DNA of 64,000 bases from Candidatus Latescibacterota bacterium (GTDB lineage: Bacteria; Latescibacterota; UBA2968). This document shows positions 26,607 through 38,043 of this stretch, piece after piece; the first letter of the stretch is position 1; each line of letters begins with the position of its first letter. The position numbers and the translations under genes were made by a program. The notes under the pieces were generated by a model that saw nothing but the letters and a program-made list of their open reading frames with translations, did no database searches and was not told the origin of the DNA. The DNA lies in NCBI GenBank assembly GCA_965198115.1, contig OZ240241.1, forward strand, positions 4,096,001 to 4,160,000, read 5' to 3'.

Positions 26607-28048
26607 GATGCTCTCGCTTCGCAGTCCTAGCAATCCTCCTCTACGCCTGTGGAACAGCACCTATACAGCGCGTCCCCGACAGCGTTCCGGTTCCCAAGAG
26701 GGACGCCGCGTACGAGACCCAGATGAGATCCGGGCGGTGGTGGACGGACTTCGCGGACCCCGCACTCGAAGACCTCATCGCCGAATCGACCCGCTCGAAC
26801 CACGACCTGATGGCAGCCGCCGCCAGAATGCGTGCAGCTGCTGCCCAGGCCAAGGCGGCCGGTGCCCCGCTGTGGCCCCAGGTCAGTGGCGGATTCAGCG
26901 GCGCACGGCAGCAGCAGGTCTTCGTCGGACTTCCGATCCCTGGTCAGACCGGCCCATTGAAGACCACTTCGACAAGCTACGGCGTCTCTCTCGACGTCAC
27001 CTGGGAGCTCGACGTATGGGGGCGCCTTGGCGCCGCCCGATCGGCCGCCCTCGCCGACCGGCAAGCCGCAGCCGCCACCTACAACGGCGCAAAGCTATCC
27101 CTGCAGGCCCAGACCGCGAAGGCCTGGTTCGCTCTTACGGAAGCCCGACTCCAGCACTCCCTTGCGGTGGCCACGCTCGAGAACTACGACACCTCCCTCC
27201 GGCAGATCGAGGACCGGTATCGACGCGGCATCCGATCGTCGCTCGACCTCCGCCTCACACGCGTCGAGCGTGCAACGGCGCTCGACCGACTTCAGCTGGC
27301 CGAACAAAGACTGACAATTGCCTCACGACAGGTCGAGGTCATCCTGGGTCGCTACCCCTCGGGCAAACTCGCCGCAAGCGTCGCCCTGCCGACTGTTGCC
27401 TCGACCGTTCCAACCGGTTTGCCGGCCGACATCATCTCCCGTCGCCCGGACCTGGTCTCCGCGGAGCGTCGACTCGCGGCCACCGTCGCGCGTGTGAAAG
27501 AAGCCAAGCGAGCAAGATATCCGCGGATCTCCCTGACCGGCTCGACCGGACGCACGAGCGACGCACTGTCCGGTCTGCTCGACGGTGACTTTTCGGTCTG
27601 GCGTGGCATCGGAAACATCGTCGCGCCCCTCTTCCAGGGCGGCCGGATCCAGGCTGGCATCAACCTGAGCGAGGCTCGGAACGAGGAAGCTCTCGCCCTC
27701 TTCGCCGCGCAGGTTCTGAACGCGTTCGCCGAGGTTGAAAACGCACTCGAAGCCGAAGGTTTCCTCGCCAAACGGGAGGCCGCTCTCGCAGAGGCGTCAA
27801 CCGAAGCGGGGGCGGCACGGTCGCTCGCCGAGGATCGGTATCGGAGCGGGCTGACCGATCTGATCACCTTGCTGTCCGCCCAGCGGGCGGCCTACACCGC
27901 CAAAAGCCAACTGCTCGTCGTCAGACGACAACGTCTCGACGCCCGAGTCAACCTGCACCTCGCGCTCGGAGGTGATTTCGTCGATCGAACGGATGTGCTA
28001 TCCACCATCGCAGATGGGCCAACGTCTCACGGAGCCTCAACGGAATGA
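26603..28048 (+). CDS. Outer membrane efflux lipoprotein (NodT/OprM/TolC family)
   Basis: Lipobox LYAC; WWTDFADP, WELDVWGR, RRPDL..AE and LALGG motifs. Confidence 0.93.
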   Translation: MRCSRFAVLAILLYACGTAPIQRVPDSVPVPKRDAAYETQMRSGRWWTDFADPALEDLIAESTRSNHDLMAAAARMRAAAAQAKAAGAPLWPQVSGGFSGARQQQVFVGLPIPGQTGPLKTTSTSYGVSLDVTWELDVWGRLGAARSAALADRQAAAATYNGAKLSLQAQTAKAWFALTEARLQHSLAVATLENYDTSLRQIEDRYRRGIRSSLDLRLTRVERATALDRLQLAEQRLTIASRQVEVILGRYPSGKLAASVALPTVASTVPTGLPADIISRRPDLVSAERRLAATVARVKEAKRARYPRISLTGSTGRTSDALSGLLDGDFSVWRGIGNIVAPLFQGGRIQAGINLSEARNEEALALFAAQVLNAFAEVENALEAEGFLAKREAALAEASTEAGAARSLAEDRYRSGLTDLITLLSAQRAAYTAKSQLLVVRRQRLDARVNLHLALGGDFVDRTDVLSTIADGPTSHGASTE

Positions 28049-29238
28049 CACTCAACCCGAAGATCCTGCTGCCAATCGCGATCATCGTCGGCGGAGGCGT
28101 GGCGGCCGCCGGCCTCATCGCCGCGCGATCGAGCGTCGAGACGCGACCACCTGAAACACCCGCCCCGTTGGTCCGAACGATCGTCGCTCGAACAGAGTCC
28201 GTTCAGCTCAAAGTACCCGCGCAGGGAACCGTGGCTGCCCGAACCGAGAGCGATCTCGTCGCCCAGGTCAGCGGCGAGATCGTCGATGTCTCACCCGCCT
28301 TCGCCGGCGGCGGCTTCTTCCGACGCGGCGACACCCTCGCACGCATCGACCCGCGTGACTACGAACTCGCTCTCGCGACGGCGCGCGTACAGGTCGCCCA
28401 GGCCCGTCTTCAGCTCGCCAGGGAACAGGAAGAGTCCCGGATTGCACGAGATGAATGGGAGCGCGTCGGCGAGGGTGAGCCGACCTCGCTCGTTTTACGG
28501 GAACCGCAGCTCGAGCAGGCCGAGGCAGCTATGGAGGCGGCACTGGCTCAGGTCGAACGCGCACGCCTGAACCTGGAGCGAACACGAATCCGGGCTCCGT
28601 TCGACGGCCGGGTTCGCTCCAAACGCATCGACGTTGGTCAGGTCGTCGGCCCGAATACCCCACTCGGGCGAATCTACGCGGTCGACTACGCCGAAATCGA
28701 GCTCCCCGTGCCGGATCGTCAACTCGCCTATCTCGATCTCGACCTGAGCTTCAGCGAAAGCGGCGAACTCGTCAGCGGCCCACCCGTCGACTTCATCGCC
28801 AGCTTCGCAGGAGAGCGGCGCTCCTGGCGTGGGCGGATCGTGCGTGTCGGTGGAGAAATCAACCCGGCCACGCGTATGGTGCACCTCGTCGCCCGCGTCG
28901 ACGACCCCTATGGCATCGAAGACGCGGATCCCTCGTTCCCCCTGGCTGTCGGTCTGTTCGTCGAGGCCGACATCATCGGAAAACGGGCGGATAACGTGAT
29001 CCTCCTGCCGCGCGCCGCCCTCCGGGGAAACGATCGCGTGCTCGTCGTGGAGGATGGTCGTCTCTACTTCCGACGGATCGAGATCCTGCGCGCCGACGAT
29101 GAGCAGATCGTCGTGACCTCCGGTCTGTCGACCGGAGAGCGGGTGTGCGTGTCTCCCCTCGCGGCCGTTGCCAACGGAATGAAGGTTCGGCTTGCCGACG
29201 ATCGACCGGCCATCACGGATGAGGGAGGCGTGGGATGA
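28045..29238 (+). CDS. RND efflux periplasmic adaptor (MFP)
   Basis: AQVSGEIV, IDPRDYE, IRAPFDGRV and GLFVEA motifs. Confidence 0.93.
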   Translation: MTLNPKILLPIAIIVGGGVAAAGLIAARSSVETRPPETPAPLVRTIVARTESVQLKVPAQGTVAARTESDLVAQVSGEIVDVSPAFAGGGFFRRGDTLARIDPRDYELALATARVQVAQARLQLAREQEESRIARDEWERVGEGEPTSLVLREPQLEQAEAAMEAALAQVERARLNLERTRIRAPFDGRVRSKRIDVGQVVGPNTPLGRIYAVDYAEIELPVPDRQLAYLDLDLSFSESGELVSGPPVDFIASFAGERRSWRGRIVRVGGEINPATRMVHLVARVDDPYGIEDADPSFPLAVGLFVEADIIGKRADNVILLPRAALRGNDRVLVVEDGRLYFRRIEILRADDEQIVVTSGLSTGERVCVSPLAAVANGMKVRLADDRPAITDEGGVG

Positions 29239-32200
29239 AACGCGCCATCGCCTGGTTCGCCGAAAACAGCGTCGCAGCCAACCTCCTGATGGTCCTCATT
29301 CTCGGCAGCGGGATGCTCACGATTTCCCGGCTCCGGATGGAAATCTTCCCCGAGTTCGCCGCAGACATGATCACGGTCTCGGTACCCTACCCGGGCGCCG
29401 CGCCGTCCGAGGTTGAAGAGGCCATCTGTGTTCGCATCGAAGAAGCCGTCCAGGGTCTGGAAGGCATTCGAAAAATCTCATCGACCGCGAACGAGAACAG
29501 CGGCATCGTCACGATCGAAGTCGTGGCCGATTACGACATCCGACGTCTGCTGGATGACGTGAAGTCCCGAATCGACGCGATCGACACCTTCCCCGATGAG
29601 GCGGAAGAACCGGTCGTCAAAGAGGTGGTCCTTAGGCGGCAGGTCATCTACATCGCCGTATCCGGACAGACGGACGAGCGCAGTCTCAAGACGATCGGCG
29701 AGCGCGTGCGGGACGACATTTCCGCCATCCCCGGCATCACTCAGGTCTCGCTCACGAGTGCGCGCCCCTACGAAATCGCGATCGAAGTCTCCGAATCGAC
29801 CCTTCGCCAGTACGGTCTGACATTCGACGAGGTCGCGAATGCCGTCCGACGGTCGTCCATCGATCTCCCCGGTGGATCGATCCGATCCCGGGGGGGCGAG
29901 ATCCTCCTCCGTACGAAGGGGCAGGCCTACATCGGTCAGGAGTTCGGCAACCTCGTACTTCGTGCCCGTCCCGACGGGAGCCACCTTCGGCTCCGGGAAG
30001 TCGCGCGCGTCGTCGACGGGTTCGCCGAGACGGATGAATTCGCCCGCTTCGACGGCGAACCCACGGTTATCGTGCAGGTGGCCAGGGTCAGCGACGAAAA
30101 CGCCCTCCAAATCGCCGAAGACGTCAAGACCTACGTCGCCGACGCACAGATCAGGGTCCCCGAGGGCATCTCGCTCACCGTGTGGGCCGACTTTTCTCGC
30201 GTTCTCCACGGTCGCCTCGACTTGATGCTTCGAAACGGCCGGACAGGCTTCCTCCTCGTCCTCCTGTCACTCACGCTGTTTCTCAAGCTCAGACTCGCCT
30301 TCTGGGTCGCTCTCGGCATCCCAATCTCCTTCCTCGGCGCGATCGGGATGATGCCGTCTATCGACGCGTCCATCAATCTGATCTCCCTCTTCGCGTTCAT
30401 CGTCGTACTCGGTATCGTGGTCGACGACGCCATCATCGTGGGCGAGAACATTTACCGGCATCACCAGATGGGAAAACGCGGTCTGAAGGCAGCGGTCGAC
30501 GGAGCACAGGAGGTGGCCGTGCCCGTCATCTTTGCCGTCCTCACGTCGATCGCCGCGTTTTCTCCCTTGCTGCTGGTCCCGGGGATGATGGGCAAATTCA
30601 TGAAACTCATCCCCGAAATCGTCATCCTCGCCCTCATCTTCTCCCTGCTCGAATCCCTGTTCGTCCTCCCTGCGCACCTCGCCCATTCTCGCTTCCAGGA
30701 CGACGGGGACCAGCCGGAGACACGGTGGCGACGGTTCCAGAGTTTCTTCTCGACCGGTCTGAAGTCTTTCGTCGACACCAGGTACCGGTCCGCGATCGAA
30801 CGGGCGCTCGAATGGCGCTACGCGACCCTGGCCGCGGGTGTTTCGACGCTGTTGATCGTCATTGGAATCGTGGGCGGCGGATGGATCAAGTTCGTTTTCT
30901 TCCCTCAGGTTGACGCTGACAACGTCGTGGCGTTTCTAGAAATGCCTCAGGGAACGCCCGCGGAGGTGACCACCACAGCCGTCAAGAGAATGGAAGCAGC
31001 CGCCATCGAGCTACGCTCCGAAATCGAATCGGAATACGAGGACCCGGTCTTCCGCCATACGCTCGCCTCGGTGGGCGGGCAGCCGACAAAGGCCATTCAG
31101 AACCAGAACAGCGGCGGAACCAGCACCTTCTCCGCCGCGCATCTGGGCGAGGTGAACATCGAGCTGACACCCGCGGAGAACCGACCACTCGGAAGCAACG
31201 AAATCGTCGCCCGCTGGAGGAAAAAGGTCGGCGTGATACCCGACGCGATCTCGCTCACTTACTCGGCCAATCTGTTTTCGTTCGGAGACCCGGTTAACGT
31301 CCAGTTCTCCAGCAACGACTACGACGAGCTCGTGAGTGTCTCCAGGAATGTTCAGGACAAATTGGCGGAATACCCGGGCGTCTTCGACATATCCGATTCC
31401 TTCCGCCCGGGCAAGAAGGAGGTTAAGCTCAGGCTCACACGGGCCGCCGAAACTCTCGGACTGACGCTTTCCGACCTGGGCCGTCAGGTCAGGCAGGCAT
31501 TCTACGGGGAAGAAGCTCAGAGGATCCAACGGGGACGGGACGACATCCGTGTAATGGTCCGCTACCCCGCTGCCGAGCGACGATCGCTCGGCAATCTCGA
31601 AGACATGCGTGTCCGAACCCCATCGGGCGCCGAGGTGCCGTTTTCCATCGCTGCCGAGGCTGAATTCGGCAGAGGTTTCGCCAGCATTCAGCGCACGAAC
31701 CGACGAAACGTCGTGAACGTCACCGCTGACGTTGACCAGACCCAGGCCAATGCCAATGAAATCATTGCCGCGCTCGAAGCCGACGTCATTCCCCAGATCC
31801 TGGCCGACCACCCTCGCGTGCGTTACTCCCTCGAAGGCGAACAGGCCGAACAGGCGGAAACGATGCAGGGGCTCACGGGAAACTTTGTACTAGCCCTGCT
31901 CGTCATCTACATCCTCCTGGCCATTCCGTTCAAATCGTATCTCCAGCCGCTCATCGTCATGAGCGCAATTCCCTTCGGCATCGTCGGAGCCATCTGGGGT
32001 CACCTGATCATGGGAATGGACCTCACCATGCTTTCTGTTTTCGGTCTCGTGGCCTTAACGGGCGTGGTCGTCAACGACAGCCTCGTCATGGTCGACTTCA
32101 TCAACCGATTCCGGCAGGATGGCCAGCCGCTGGGGGCCGCGATTCGGGAGGCGGGCGCTCAACGCTTCCGCCCGATCCTGCTCACCTCGGTCACCACCTT

Positions 32201-32420
32201 CCTCGGTCTGACGCCCATCCTGCTCGAACGCAGTCTGCAAGCTCAGTTCCTGATCCCCATGGCCACCTCGCTCGGTTTCGGCGTCGTGTTTGCCACCTTC
32301 ATCACCCTCGTCCTCGTTCCGGTGCTCTACCACATCCTCGAGGACGTCAAAACACTCTACCGGAACACGTTTCACCGCCCGGACCGAGCCCAAAGCGAAG
32401 GCATCGAACAGGCTGCTTAA
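29235..32420 (+). CDS. RND efflux permease (AcrB/AcrD/AcrF family)
   Basis: N-terminal NSVAANLLM; [23 protein letters not shown] and RFRPILLTS motifs; 1061 aa. Confidence 0.96.
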   Translation: MKRAIAWFAENSVAANLLMVLILGSGMLTISRLRMEIFPEFAADMITVSVPYPGAAPSEVEEAICVRIEEAVQGLEGIRKISSTANENSGIVTIEVVADYDIRRLLDDVKSRIDAIDTFPDEAEEPVVKEVVLRRQVIYIAVSGQTDERSLKTIGERVRDDISAIPGITQVSLTSARPYEIAIEVSESTLRQYGLTFDEVANAVRRSSIDLPGGSIRSRGGEILLRTKGQAYIGQEFGNLVLRARPDGSHLRLREVARVVDGFAETDEFARFDGEPTVIVQVARVSDENALQIAEDVKTYVADAQIRVPEGISLTVWADFSRVLHGRLDLMLRNGRTGFLLVLLSLTLFLKLRLAFWVALGIPISFLGAIGMMPSIDASINLISLFAFIVVLGIVVDDAIIVGENIYRHHQMGKRGLKAAVDGAQEVAVPVIFAVLTSIAAFSPLLLVPGMMGKFMKLIPEIVILALIFSLLESLFVLPAHLAHSRFQDDGDQPETRWRRFQSFFSTGLKSFVDTRYRSAIERALEWRYATLAAGVSTLLIVIGIVGGGWIKFVFFPQVDADNVVAFLEMPQGTPAEVTTTAVKRMEAAAIELRSEIESEYEDPVFRHTLASVGGQPTKAIQNQNSGGTSTFSAAHLGEVNIELTPAENRPLGSNEIVARWRKKVGVIPDAISLTYSANLFSFGDPVNVQFSSNDYDELVSVSRNVQDKLAEYPGVFDISDSFRPGKKEVKLRLTRAAETLGLTLSDLGRQVRQAFYGEEAQRIQRGRDDIRVMVRYPAAERRSLGNLEDMRVRTPSGAEVPFSIAAEAEFGRGFASIQRTNRRNVVNVTADVDQTQANANEIIAALEADVIPQILADHPRVRYSLEGEQAEQAETMQGLTGNFVLALLVIYILLAIPFKSYLQPLIVMSAIPFGIVGAIWGHLIMGMDLTMLSVFGLVALTGVVVNDSLVMVDFINRFRQDGQPLGAAIREAGAQRFRPILLTSVTTFLGLTPILLERSLQAQFLIPMATSLGFGVVFATFITLVLVPVLYHILEDVKTLYRNTFHRPDRAQSEGIEQAA

Positions 32421-32512
32421 CGTGCTATTTGTCTCGGGGTTGCAGCGGGCATGTCGATCTTATATCTTTGGCGGGAACCACTTGCCGTAACCTGACCGTC
32501 ACGGAGCACGGG

Positions 32513-33559
32513 ATGGCCATCGAAGCCGAAACTGTCGAAGAAACCTACGCGGCCATGGAGAGAAAGCTGAGGGGGATCGTTCCCGACGTGGAACTCCGGT
32601 ACAAGGCCGAGCTCGCCTTCGAAATCAACAGGCTCAAGAAGGAGCGTGGGGCCGTCATCCTGGGTCACAACTACATGGAACCCGCCCTCTTTCACTCGGT
32701 CCCCGATTTTGTCGGAGACTCGTTGGAACTGAGCCGGAAGGCGGCCGAGACCGACGCCGATCCGATCGTCTTCTGCGGCGTTCGGTTCATGGCCGAAACG
32801 GCCAAAATCCTCAATCCTGGTAAAACGGTACTTCTGCCGGCGAAGGTGGCCGGATGCTCCCTTGCCGAATCGATCACCGCGCAAGACGTCCGAGATCTTA
32901 AAGCCCGATTCCCCGGTGTCCCGGTCGTCACTTACATCAACACTTACGCCGACGTCAAAGCAGAAACCGACATCTGTTGTACGTCCAGTAACGCGTCTCG
33001 CGTTGTCGAGTCCCTCGATGCTGACGCCGTCATCTTTCTGCCAGATGAATATCTTGCCGCAAACGTAGCGAAGGAGACGGGGAAGACCCTCATTTTCCCG
33101 ACGCGGGAACCCTCGGTGAACCCCAAACCGGGAATCGACTATCAGATGGTCGGTTGGCACGGGCGCTGCGAAGTCCACGAGCGATTCACTGTCAAAGACA
33201 TCGAGAACGTCCGCGCACAGTTCCCCGAAGTGCTCGTACTCGCCCACCCCGAGTGCAGCCCCGAGGTGGTCGCCGCTTCCGATTTTTCGAGCAGCACCTC
33301 CCAAATGACCAGCTACGTGCGTGAATCTGACGCGCCGAACTACCTGCTCCTCACCGAATGCAGCATGGGCGACAACATCGCCGCCGAGAACCCTAAAAAA
33401 GAGATGGTCAGGCTCTGCAGCATCCGATGTCCCCACATGAACGAAATCACCCTCGAAGACACGCTTCACGCCCTGAAGGCGGACGAGCAGATCATCGAAG
33501 TGCCGGAGGACATCCGCGTCCGAGCGTTGAAGTCCGTCCAGCGAATGCTCGAATTGTAA
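32513..33559 (+). CDS. nadA: Quinolinate synthase
   Basis: LGHNY, GDSLELS, FCGVRFMAETAK, GCSLA, YINT, CEVH, AHPEC and CPHMN motifs. Confidence 0.97.
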   Translation: MAIEAETVEETYAAMERKLRGIVPDVELRYKAELAFEINRLKKERGAVILGHNYMEPALFHSVPDFVGDSLELSRKAAETDADPIVFCGVRFMAETAKILNPGKTVLLPAKVAGCSLAESITAQDVRDLKARFPGVPVVTYINTYADVKAETDICCTSSNASRVVESLDADAVIFLPDEYLAANVAKETGKTLIFPTREPSVNPKPGIDYQMVGWHGRCEVHERFTVKDIENVRAQFPEVLVLAHPECSPEVVAASDFSSSTSQMTSYVRESDAPNYLLLTECSMGDNIAAENPKKEMVRLCSIRCPHMNEITLEDTLHALKADEQIIEVPEDIRVRALKSVQRMLEL

Positions 33560-33594
33560 ACGCGGAAAATCCAGGGCGAGCCAGGATCCGAATG

Positions 33595-33632
33595 AAAAAG
33601 GCCGAGGCGACATCGCCTCGGCCTCTCCTTTT
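33595..33632. terminator. Bidirectional intrinsic terminator
   Basis: AAAA-AGGCCGAGGCGA-CA-TCGCCTCGGCCT...TTTT between convergent genes. Confidence 0.8.
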
Positions 33633-33647
33633 GCCTGATCCGCACCT

Positions 33648-35000
33648 CTACTTCACCTCTGACGTTCCCTCTGCCCCGTCGTAAACCTCCGTTCTGAACA
33701 CGTCGTTCTGAAAGTTCAGGTATTCGTCCTTGGTCATCACAGGGACGTGTGTTTCAAGAACTTCCTTTGCCTTTGCCGCGTCGCCGTGGAGCAGATCGAC
33801 AGCCAGACTCGCCAGTGATTTCGCCGGACTCAGATAGCCCATTTCCTTGTCTGAGATGTGCCACGTCGCGCTGTGACCCGGCCCGGTTGCCCCAGACATG
33901 TAGGGGTGCAGCGACGGCATGATGTGGGACAGGTCTCCCATGTCGGTGCACCCCGTTCGGTGAGGAACCTCGCTGTAGTCGTCTGCCCCGAACAGATCCC
34001 GAGCGTTCGCTTCGAATAAATCGCGAAGCGTCTCATCGTTTCGGAGGGGCATGTAACCCGGCAGTGTTTCGATTTCAACCGTGGCTCCGACCGCAAGGCC
34101 TCCAGCGCGAAGGGCGCGATCCACTTTTTCGCCCGCATCCACAATCGCCTCGTTGGTCCGTCCTCGCACATACGTCTCCATCCGGACGTCTGCGGGGACG
34201 ACGTTAACCAGATCGCCCCCCTTCGTAATGATCGGATGGACGCGGATCGAATCCTGGTCGCGGAACGTCTCTCGCTGTGCGTGAATCGCGTTCAGCGCAA
34301 CCTGTGCGGCGTTCAGCGCGTTGACGCCCAGATGTGGCGCACCGCCCGCGTGTGCGGCTCGTCCGAGAAAACGGATCAGCTTCACCACGCACCCGTTGCA
34401 CGATTCGGCCACAGCCGCCCTCGTCATCGATTCGTCGCTGTGTGTATGAATCATCACCGCCATATCGACATCGTCAAAATGACCGCCGTGCACGAGCTCG
34501 GGTTTCCCGCCCAGGTAGGTCAGCTCTCCTTCCTTCACCAATCCCAGTCGATATTCAACTTCGACATATTCTTCTGCGGGCACCGCGAAAAACACGACAT
34601 CTCCGGCCAGGTCCTGAGCGACCCCGGTGTCGATCATACCCATCATCGCTCCCAGCATCCCCGCGATCTGGGCGTTGTGACCGCACGCGTGCGCTGCACC
34701 CGTTTCCGGATCGGCGTCCGGATGATCCGAGACGAGTAACGAATCCAGCTCACCGATGATGGCCACGCGGGGACCGGGTTTCCCACCCTTCAGGACCGCC
34801 TTGACACCGGTGCGGGCCAGGCCAGTCTCTGGCGAGAGACCGACCTCCTCCATCGTCGACGCCACGAGCTTTGCCGTTTCGAACTCTTTGAACCCCAGTT
34901 CGGGATTCACCATGATGTGATCACCGATCTGCTCGATCTGTCGCGCACGACGATCGACGGATTCCGCGATCCTCTGTTTAATCTCTTCTTTCGTTGCCAC
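33648..35000 (-). CDS. M20/M25/M40 family amidohydrolase
   Basis: PELGFKE, ELDSL, HACGHNAQ, PAEEY, GRAAHAG and TDMGD motifs; GAGGAGG RBS before GTG 35000. Confidence 0.92.
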   Translation of the reverse strand: MATKEEIKQRIAESVDRRARQIEQIGDHIMVNPELGFKEFETAKLVASTMEEVGLSPETGLARTGVKAVLKGGKPGPRVAIIGELDSLLVSDHPDADPETGAAHACGHNAQIAGMLGAMMGMIDTGVAQDLAGDVVFFAVPAEEYVEVEYRLGLVKEGELTYLGGKPELVHGGHFDDVDMAVMIHTHSDESMTRAAVAESCNGCVVKLIRFLGRAAHAGGAPHLGVNALNAAQVALNAIHAQRETFRDQDSIRVHPIITKGGDLVNVVPADVRMETYVRGRTNEAIVDAGEKVDRALRAGGLAVGATVEIETLPGYMPLRNDETLRDLFEANARDLFGADDYSEVPHRTGCTDMGDLSHIMPSLHPYMSGATGPGHSATWHISDKEMGYLSPAKSLASLAVDLLHGDAAKAKEVLETHVPVMTKDEYLNFQNDVFRTEVYDGAEGTSEVK

Positions 35001-35121
35001 GTCACCTCCTCGAATACACATCCTCGTCGCCAACGGAGTCCATGTTCGATATTCGATGCCCAGTTTTCAAATGAAAAACCACTCCCGCGGGGAAGTGGCC
35101 GTCGACGCATCGTTTCTCTGA

Positions 35122-36168
35122 CTATCGAATCTTGAGAAGAAGAACGAGCAGAATGGGAGTCCCAACCGCCTGCAGCAGCATGAATCTAACGAGGACCTGT
35201 GTGCTCGACCATCCCCGGTTGAGACGGAAGTGATCGTGCAGTGGGTAGCGCACCTCCTTGAATATCCAGATTTTGAAGAAACGAAGCAGCGCCACCTTCA
35301 GCAAGCCTGTTGCACCGTTCACCAGAACCACGCCGGCCACCACCACGATCAGCAAAGGGTTCCCGCAGGCCAGCACGAGGATTCCCAGAAGTAGCCCCAT
35401 AGGACGCGAACCCGCATCGCCCATGAGGACCTGGCTGGGATTGGCATTGTACCACAGGTAACCCGCGAGACAGCCGACCATCACGAACGCCTGCACCGCC
35501 CAGCTCGCCCCATCGCCGTAGTGAGGCACGAGCAGGTATCGGGCGATTTCGCGATGCCCCACGATTCCGTAGAGGATGCCGCCCAAATAGATGAACGCCA
35601 GACCGCAAAGACTGGCGGACAGCCCATCGACGCCGTCCGTGCAGTTCGTCGCGTTGATCGCCAGCCAGATCAACACCGCCGCAACCGGGACGAAGATCCA
35701 GGGCGAAACAGTAACCGTTGTCTTGATGAGCGGCAGCCAGAGCTGGTAGGGTTCGAGACCACATACGGCCGTCGCCGCAAGCGCCCCGATCAGCAGATCG
35801 ATCGCACCGAGCGCATACTCGTTCCATCCACCCGCCTGGTCGTCGAAGTAGCCGGCGAGCATGATCATGACGATGCAGCCCAGCCCGCTGAGCAGACGGA
35901 CGTCCAGCGGCCCCGTCAGCACGCAGACGAACACGAAAATCGGAACGAAGATGATTCCCGCGCCCACCGGCTTTCCCTCGCTCTTCTCCGCATCCACCGC
36001 GAAGGCCCGCCCGCGATCCCTCGGGAGAAGCCGCCAGAGGCGCGGCAACAGGATCAGGGTCAGAATCGCCGCCATGGCCGTGCCAAGCCCCGTCAGGAAC
36101 AGGTAGGAGGCGAACAGCCGGAGCGGGCCATAGACGTCAGCCATGTTCTGACCGAGCCAGAAGAGCAT
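35122..36168 (-). CDS. mraY: MraY-like phospho-MurNAc-pentapeptide transferase (orphan, variant motifs)
   Basis: GYFDD, INATNCTDGVDGL, WYNANPSQVLMGDAGS and PLHDHF motifs; about 10 TM segments. Confidence 0.8.
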   Translation of the reverse strand: MLFWLGQNMADVYGPLRLFASYLFLTGLGTAMAAILTLILLPRLWRLLPRDRGRAFAVDAEKSEGKPVGAGIIFVPIFVFVCVLTGPLDVRLLSGLGCIVMIMLAGYFDDQAGGWNEYALGAIDLLIGALAATAVCGLEPYQLWLPLIKTTVTVSPWIFVPVAAVLIWLAINATNCTDGVDGLSASLCGLAFIYLGGILYGIVGHREIARYLLVPHYGDGASWAVQAFVMVGCLAGYLWYNANPSQVLMGDAGSRPMGLLLGILVLACGNPLLIVVVAGVVLVNGATGLLKVALLRFFKIWIFKEVRYPLHDHFRLNRGWSSTQVLVRFMLLQAVGTPILLVLLLKIR

Positions 36169-36339
36169 ACGAGATCCCGATTGGGGTGGACAAATGAAGG
36201 CGAGCCTGCCAAGCTGCCCGCCGCCCACAATTAGGGTCATCACTGCCCACTGGGCAAGAACGCAGTCCCATCAGGCTTTGAGGCCAGGCATCGATCGTCT
36301 ATCTTCACTCCGAGACCGACCACGAACAGGAGAAAGACC

Positions 36340-36744
36340 ATGTCGCTTGAACTCGAAGAGGGAACCTCCCTCACCCTCGACTTCTCGAAGCTGAAAAAGG
36401 GAACACAGGGCGCTGAAGCCCTTTTGCCCGTTGCCGTCCAGGACGTCGAAACTGGCGACGTGCTCCTGATCGGCTATGCCAACCGGCAGGCCCTCGAGCA
36501 CACCCTGTCAGAAGGTGTCGCCACGTTCTGGAGCACCTCGAGACAGGAGCTCTGGATCAAGGGCGCGACCTCGGGCGACGTTCTCGAAATCGTCGACGTG
36601 CGCGTCAACTGCGAGCAGAATTCGCTCCTCTATCGCGTGAAGCTGAAGGGAGCCGGTACCTGTCACACGAAGGGGAGCGATGGCGAATCGCGTCACAGCT
36701 GTTATTACCGACGAATCCGCAATGAGGCGCTCGAATTCGTGTAG
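36340..36744 (+). CDS. hisI: Phosphoribosyl-AMP cyclohydrolase
   Basis: FWSTSRQELWIKGATSG, NCEQNSLL, CHT and SCYYR motifs. Confidence 0.93.
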   Translation: MSLELEEGTSLTLDFSKLKKGTQGAEALLPVAVQDVETGDVLLIGYANRQALEHTLSEGVATFWSTSRQELWIKGATSGDVLEIVDVRVNCEQNSLLYRVKLKGAGTCHTKGSDGESRHSCYYRRIRNEALEFV

Positions 36745-36829
36745 ATGCTCGACCCGCTCTGTTATATCGTCCAGCACCTCGCGCTTCAGGTATCGTGAAA
36801 TCCAACGGGCAACGTCCAGCAACTGAAGC

Positions 36830-36857
36830 TTGACTCGCCCGGTCGCGCCTTTATATT
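36830..36857 (+). promoter_or_regulatory. Putative sigma70 promoter of prs
   Basis: TTGACT-N16-TATATT. Confidence 0.5.
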
Positions 36858-36965
36858 GGCCTCGCCGATCGACGCCCCCACCGCATTCTCCCCCGCTGTC
36901 CAACGATCCGCAACCTGTCCACCGTAGCCTTGGCGAAGGTGGAAGCCCTTCAGGAGGGAACGGCA

Positions 36966-37940
36966 GTGGGTTACGACCTCAAAATTCTCACCGGCAACAC
37001 CAACCGCGCACTCGCTGAGGACATCTGTACCCACCTCGACACTCACCTGGGGCGGGCGTCCGTTCAGATCTTCCCCGGTGGTGAAACGCACGTTCAGATC
37101 GACGAAAACATCCGCGGGACCGACGTTTTCATTGTCCAGCCCGTCTGTGGCAACAAGGACCTCAACCTCTCGCCGAACGACGCGCTCATGGAGTTACTCA
37201 TCCTTATCGACGCAGCGCGTCGCGCGTCGGCGAGACGTATCACCGCGGTTCTTCCCTATTATGGATACGCTCGCCAGGATCGAAAGGACCGACCTCGCGT
37301 ACCGATCACGGCGAAACTCGTCGCCAACATGATTTACACGGCCGGTGCCCGTCGCGCCCTCTCGCTCGATCTTCACTCCAATCAGATTCAGGGTTTTTTC
37401 GACATCCCTTTCGATCACCTCTATTCGATCAACATCTTCACCGACTACTTCGCCTCCAAGCAGATTCCCGATCTGACGGTCGTTTCGCCGGACGTCGGCA
37501 ACATTAAAATGGCACGCGCCTATGCCGAACTCCTCGACGCCGATCTTGCAATCGTGGACAAACGTCGAACGAGCGGAACCGACACCGAGGTCCTGAACCT
37601 GATCGGCGAGGTCGAAGACCGGAACGTCATCATCGTCGACGACCTCATCAGCACCGGAGGGTCGCTCTGCGAGGCTGCGGCGATCCTGAAGGAACGGGGC
37701 GCACTCGACATCTCTGCCTGCATCGTGCACCCCGTGCTGGCGGACCCGGCCATCGAACGCATCGAAAACTCCGTTCTCACGGAGCTGCTCGTCTCGAACT
37801 CCATTCCCGTACCCCAGAACGACCAGAACGGCCGGATCAAGGTCCTATCCGTCGCCTCGATTCTGGGTGAGGCGATCAGACGCATCAACAACGACGAATC
37901 CGTGAGCACGCTCTTCGCCAACGCGAAGGTTGAAGGATAA
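36966..37940 (+). CDS. prs: Ribose-phosphate pyrophosphokinase
   Basis: PYYGYARQDRK, DLHSNQIQGFF, VSPDVG and VDDLISTGGS motifs; AGGAGG RBS before GTG 36966. Confidence 0.97.
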   Translation: MGYDLKILTGNTNRALAEDICTHLDTHLGRASVQIFPGGETHVQIDENIRGTDVFIVQPVCGNKDLNLSPNDALMELLILIDAARRASARRITAVLPYYGYARQDRKDRPRVPITAKLVANMIYTAGARRALSLDLHSNQIQGFFDIPFDHLYSINIFTDYFASKQIPDLTVVSPDVGNIKMARAYAELLDADLAIVDKRRTSGTDTEVLNLIGEVEDRNVIIVDDLISTGGSLCEAAAILKERGALDISACIVHPVLADPAIERIENSVLTELLVSNSIPVPQNDQNGRIKVLSVASILGEAIRRINNDESVSTLFANAKVEG

Positions 37941-37980
37941 GTTCACGGCTGCAACCGCTGTCCACTTCCGTCCCATAGCC

Positions 37981-38028
37981 AAACGCAAAACGCCGCCCTG
38001 GACTCACGAGCTGGCGGCGTTTTCGTTT
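37981..38028. terminator. Bidirectional intrinsic terminator
   Basis: AAAACGCCGCC...GGCGGCGTTTT between convergent genes. Confidence 0.75.
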
Positions 38029-38043
38029 CTATCCTCCCGTTTC

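Noticed and set aside
32421-32512. NAD+ riboswitch upstream of nadA
   Set aside because: The spacer is short and I see no match to the nadA-motif structure. An Rfam/Infernal scan would settle it.
36918-36943. Regulatory RNA in the prs leader (TCCACCGTAGCCTTGGCGAAGGTGGA hairpin)
   Set aside because: It looks like another short palindromic repeat; a single copy here gives no evidence for a riboswitch.
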